The notes under the pieces were generated by a model that ran no database searches, was not told the DNA's origin, and worked only from the letters and a program-made list of their open reading frames with translations. The position numbers and the translations under genes were made by a program. From Mobula hypostoma (lineage: Eukaryota), in assembly GCF_963921235.1 (NCBI RefSeq), contig NC_086108.1, positions 16,368,001 to 16,432,000 on the forward strand: DNA of 64,000 bases, read 5' to 3'. Positions 61,491 to 64,000 of this stretch are shown here, in pieces; the stretch's first letter is position 1; each line of letters starts with the position of its first letter.

Positions 61491-62814
61491 AAATTTCACG
61501 TCACGTGCCGGTGATAATAAACTTGATTCTGATTCCGAAACTATACATACTCTAATTTATTTATTTATTATTGTTCTATTTTTTTCTCTTCTTCTATATT
61601 ATGTATTACATTGGACTGCTGCTGCCTAGATAACAAATTTCACGACAAATGCCGGTGATAATAAACCTGTTTCTGATTCCTTGCTGTACATCAACTCCAA
61701 GAAAAATGTACGAGGACCATCAACCACAATATACAACATCAAAGGGTGACGGTAAATGCTCAACAATAGCTGCCCTTGGCATTTTATTTCTATTCCACAT
61801 CTGTCATATTACTCTAAGCCATAATTCCAACCAACAGGCCCACAAACCCAGTCCAAGTATCAACTGGTATCAAGATCATGTTATTTTAATTCTTGTGGCA
61901 GGATTGTAACTCAGGGAATTGTGAACCTTTGGAATTCCCTAACCCACAAAACTATCAAGGTCGAGTTACTGGAATTCTCCCAAATTCGGATTCTACTGAA
62001 CATTGTGGGCACGCTATGTTGGCACCAGAATGCGTGGCAACACATGCAGGCTGTCACTAGCACATCCTTAGGTTGTGTTGGCTGTTAACGCAAATAATGC
62101 GTTTCACTGTATGTTTCAATGCATGTGATAAATAAATGAATCTAAATTTCAATGTATTATGATAGATACAAATGATAGAGTGTGGGGAGATATGATGAAA
62201 GCTTGAGAAAATGGCAGCAAGGCCAAGAGAGGATTAACCATAACTAGCAAGACACAAGGCACTTCTGTTGTTAAACATGATAAAAATAAGTTTTTCACAA
62301 TGTATGATTAAAATAAATTGTTTATCTTGTAACCAATCCTCAGGAGTAATTTGGATTGTGAACCTGCCCTTGCTGATAAGTGATTGCTGCTGCACCAATA
62401 AAAGGGAGCAGTCAAAAGAAGGGAACATGTTATCTCCAGGCTCCAGAGTAATGCAGAAAGTGCAATGAAGTACCACAGAGCTAATTCTCACTTGCTTCAA
62501 TACTGATTCTATTTAAGTTCATTATGTAAAATGCAGTAACTATTTTAAGCAATAAAGATACCAATACATCTTTATTGCTGCTAATATTAAAGGTGCTATT
62601 TAAATACAAATTGGTGCAACTTGCCATACGTATCTGCCAATACTGAAGTAAATAGAAGTAACAGTGAACAATGTTTCCTCTGTATCAATGCTGAGCTCAA
62701 AATTTGCCTCAGTAACCATGCTGAAATCAAACATCCATTTCAGACTAACATCCTCCATTTGGCAAGTGAGAACTGCCAAAACCCATGCACTTATTACATT
62801 TATAAAGAATCTAA

Positions 62815-64000
62815 GCAATGAGATCAACATGCAAGAAACAGAGCACCCTAATGTCTTCACCATCATTTCGGGGGATTTCAACCAAGTCAGTCTGGAAAAA
62901 AACCACTAAGCAATTACCATCAACAGATCACTTGCAATACCAGAGGAAACAACACACTGGACCATTGTTACAACCAGCACCAAGGATGCCTACTGTGCTA
63001 TTCCACGCCCTCACTTCGGAAAGTCTGATCACCTGGCTGTACTTCTACTCCGAGTATAGGCAGATACTGAAGACTGCAGCACCAGTAGTGAGGACCAAGA
63101 AGGTCTGGACAAGAGAGCTTACAGGACTGCTTTGAGTTGGTGGACTGGACTGCATTCAGGGATTAATCTTCGAACCTGGATGAGTATGCTGCAATTGTTA
63201 CTGACTTCATTAAAACCTGTGTGGATGAGTGCATGCCTGCAAAGACCTACTGTACATTCCCAAAACAAAAGCCACGGTACATCATCTGCTGAAGGCTAGA
63301 TCTGTCGCATTCAAGTCTGGCGACCCAGGTCTATTCCAGAAAACCAGGTATGATTTGGGGAGGGCTATTTCAAGGGCGAAGAGACAATTTCGAACAAGGA
63401 TGGAGGCAACATCGAATGTATGACAATTTTGGCAGGGATTGCAATACATTACTTCCTACAAAGCGAAACCCAGTAGCATGAATGGCAGCAAAACTTCACT
63501 ACCAGGTGAACTCAACGCCTTCTATGCCCGCTTTGAAAGGGAGAATATAACCACAGCTGTGAAGATCCCTGCTGCACCTGATGACCCTGTGATCTCTGTC
63601 TTAGAGGCCGATGTTGAGCTGTCTTTAAAGAGTCAACCCTCGCAAGGCAGAAGGTCCCAATGGAGTACCTGGTAAGGCTCTGAAAACCTGTGCCAACCAC
63701 CTGGTGGGAGTATTCAAGGACATCTTCAACCTCTCACTGCTACAGGTAGAAGTACCCACTTGCTTCAAAAAGGCAACAATTATACCAGTGTCTAAGAAGA
63801 ATAATATGAGCTGCCTTAATAACTATTGCCTAGTAGCACTCACATCTAGTGATGAAATGCTTTAAGAGGTTGGTCATGAGTAGACTGAACTCCTGTCTCA
63901 GCAAGGACCTGGACACACTGCAAGTTGCCTTTCAGAATAATAGGTCAACTGCAGATGCAATCCCAATGGTTCTTCACACGGCTTTAGACCACCTGGACAA
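62815..64000 (+). mobile_element. Rex1/Babar-type LINE (APE end to RT start), running off the window
   Basis: IISGDFNQ, GKSDHLAV (63018-63045) and ELNAFYARFE. The last 340 bp match 56710-57060. Confidence 0.85.

Noticed and set aside
55100..64000. Search for the next upstream CEP350 exon
   Set aside because: No phase-compatible exon with recognisable CEP350 sequence was found. It probably lies beyond the window.
1..64000. CRISPR arrays, operons, retrons or other prokaryotic RT systems, tRNA or rRNA genes
   Set aside because: All RT ORFs belong to eukaryotic CR1, Rex1, RTE or Penelope families. No regularly spaced repeats are present, and tRNA-like boxes occur only in SINE heads.

Overview
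Eukaryotic (vertebrate) genomic DNA, most likely a cartilaginous fish, judged from HE1/V-SINE-type SINEs, abundant CR1, Rex1/Babar and Penelope elements. The window lies inside one minus-strand gene, CEP350 (centrosomal protein 350). Eight internal coding exons (54985-55095, 37693-37833, 30216-30841, 22627-22748, 16313-17346, 15515-15665, 3918-4075, 3193-3382; 2533 nt) have GT-AG boundaries and splice in one continuous reading frame. The start and stop lie outside the window. The introns are mostly nested transposable elements: CR1, Rex1/Babar, RTE, L1-type and Penelope-like retroelements, Tc1 and Tigger DNA transposons, solo LTRs and a Gypsy 5' fragment. The most notable signals are: (i) minimal type-I hammerhead ribozymes carried by Penelope-like elements, three of them intact and sense to the CEP350 pre-mRNA; (ii) a Penelope relic with inverted pLTRs and a flipped hairpin loop; (iii) a compact intronic RFX X-box/NF-Y/ETS cluster suggesting an internal CEP350 promoter; (iv) a young 5'-inverted CR1; (v) a TSD-bounded, probably full-length RTE. 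No prokaryote-type system is present. Family names come from recognised motifs rather than database searches, and boundaries of old repeats are approximate.
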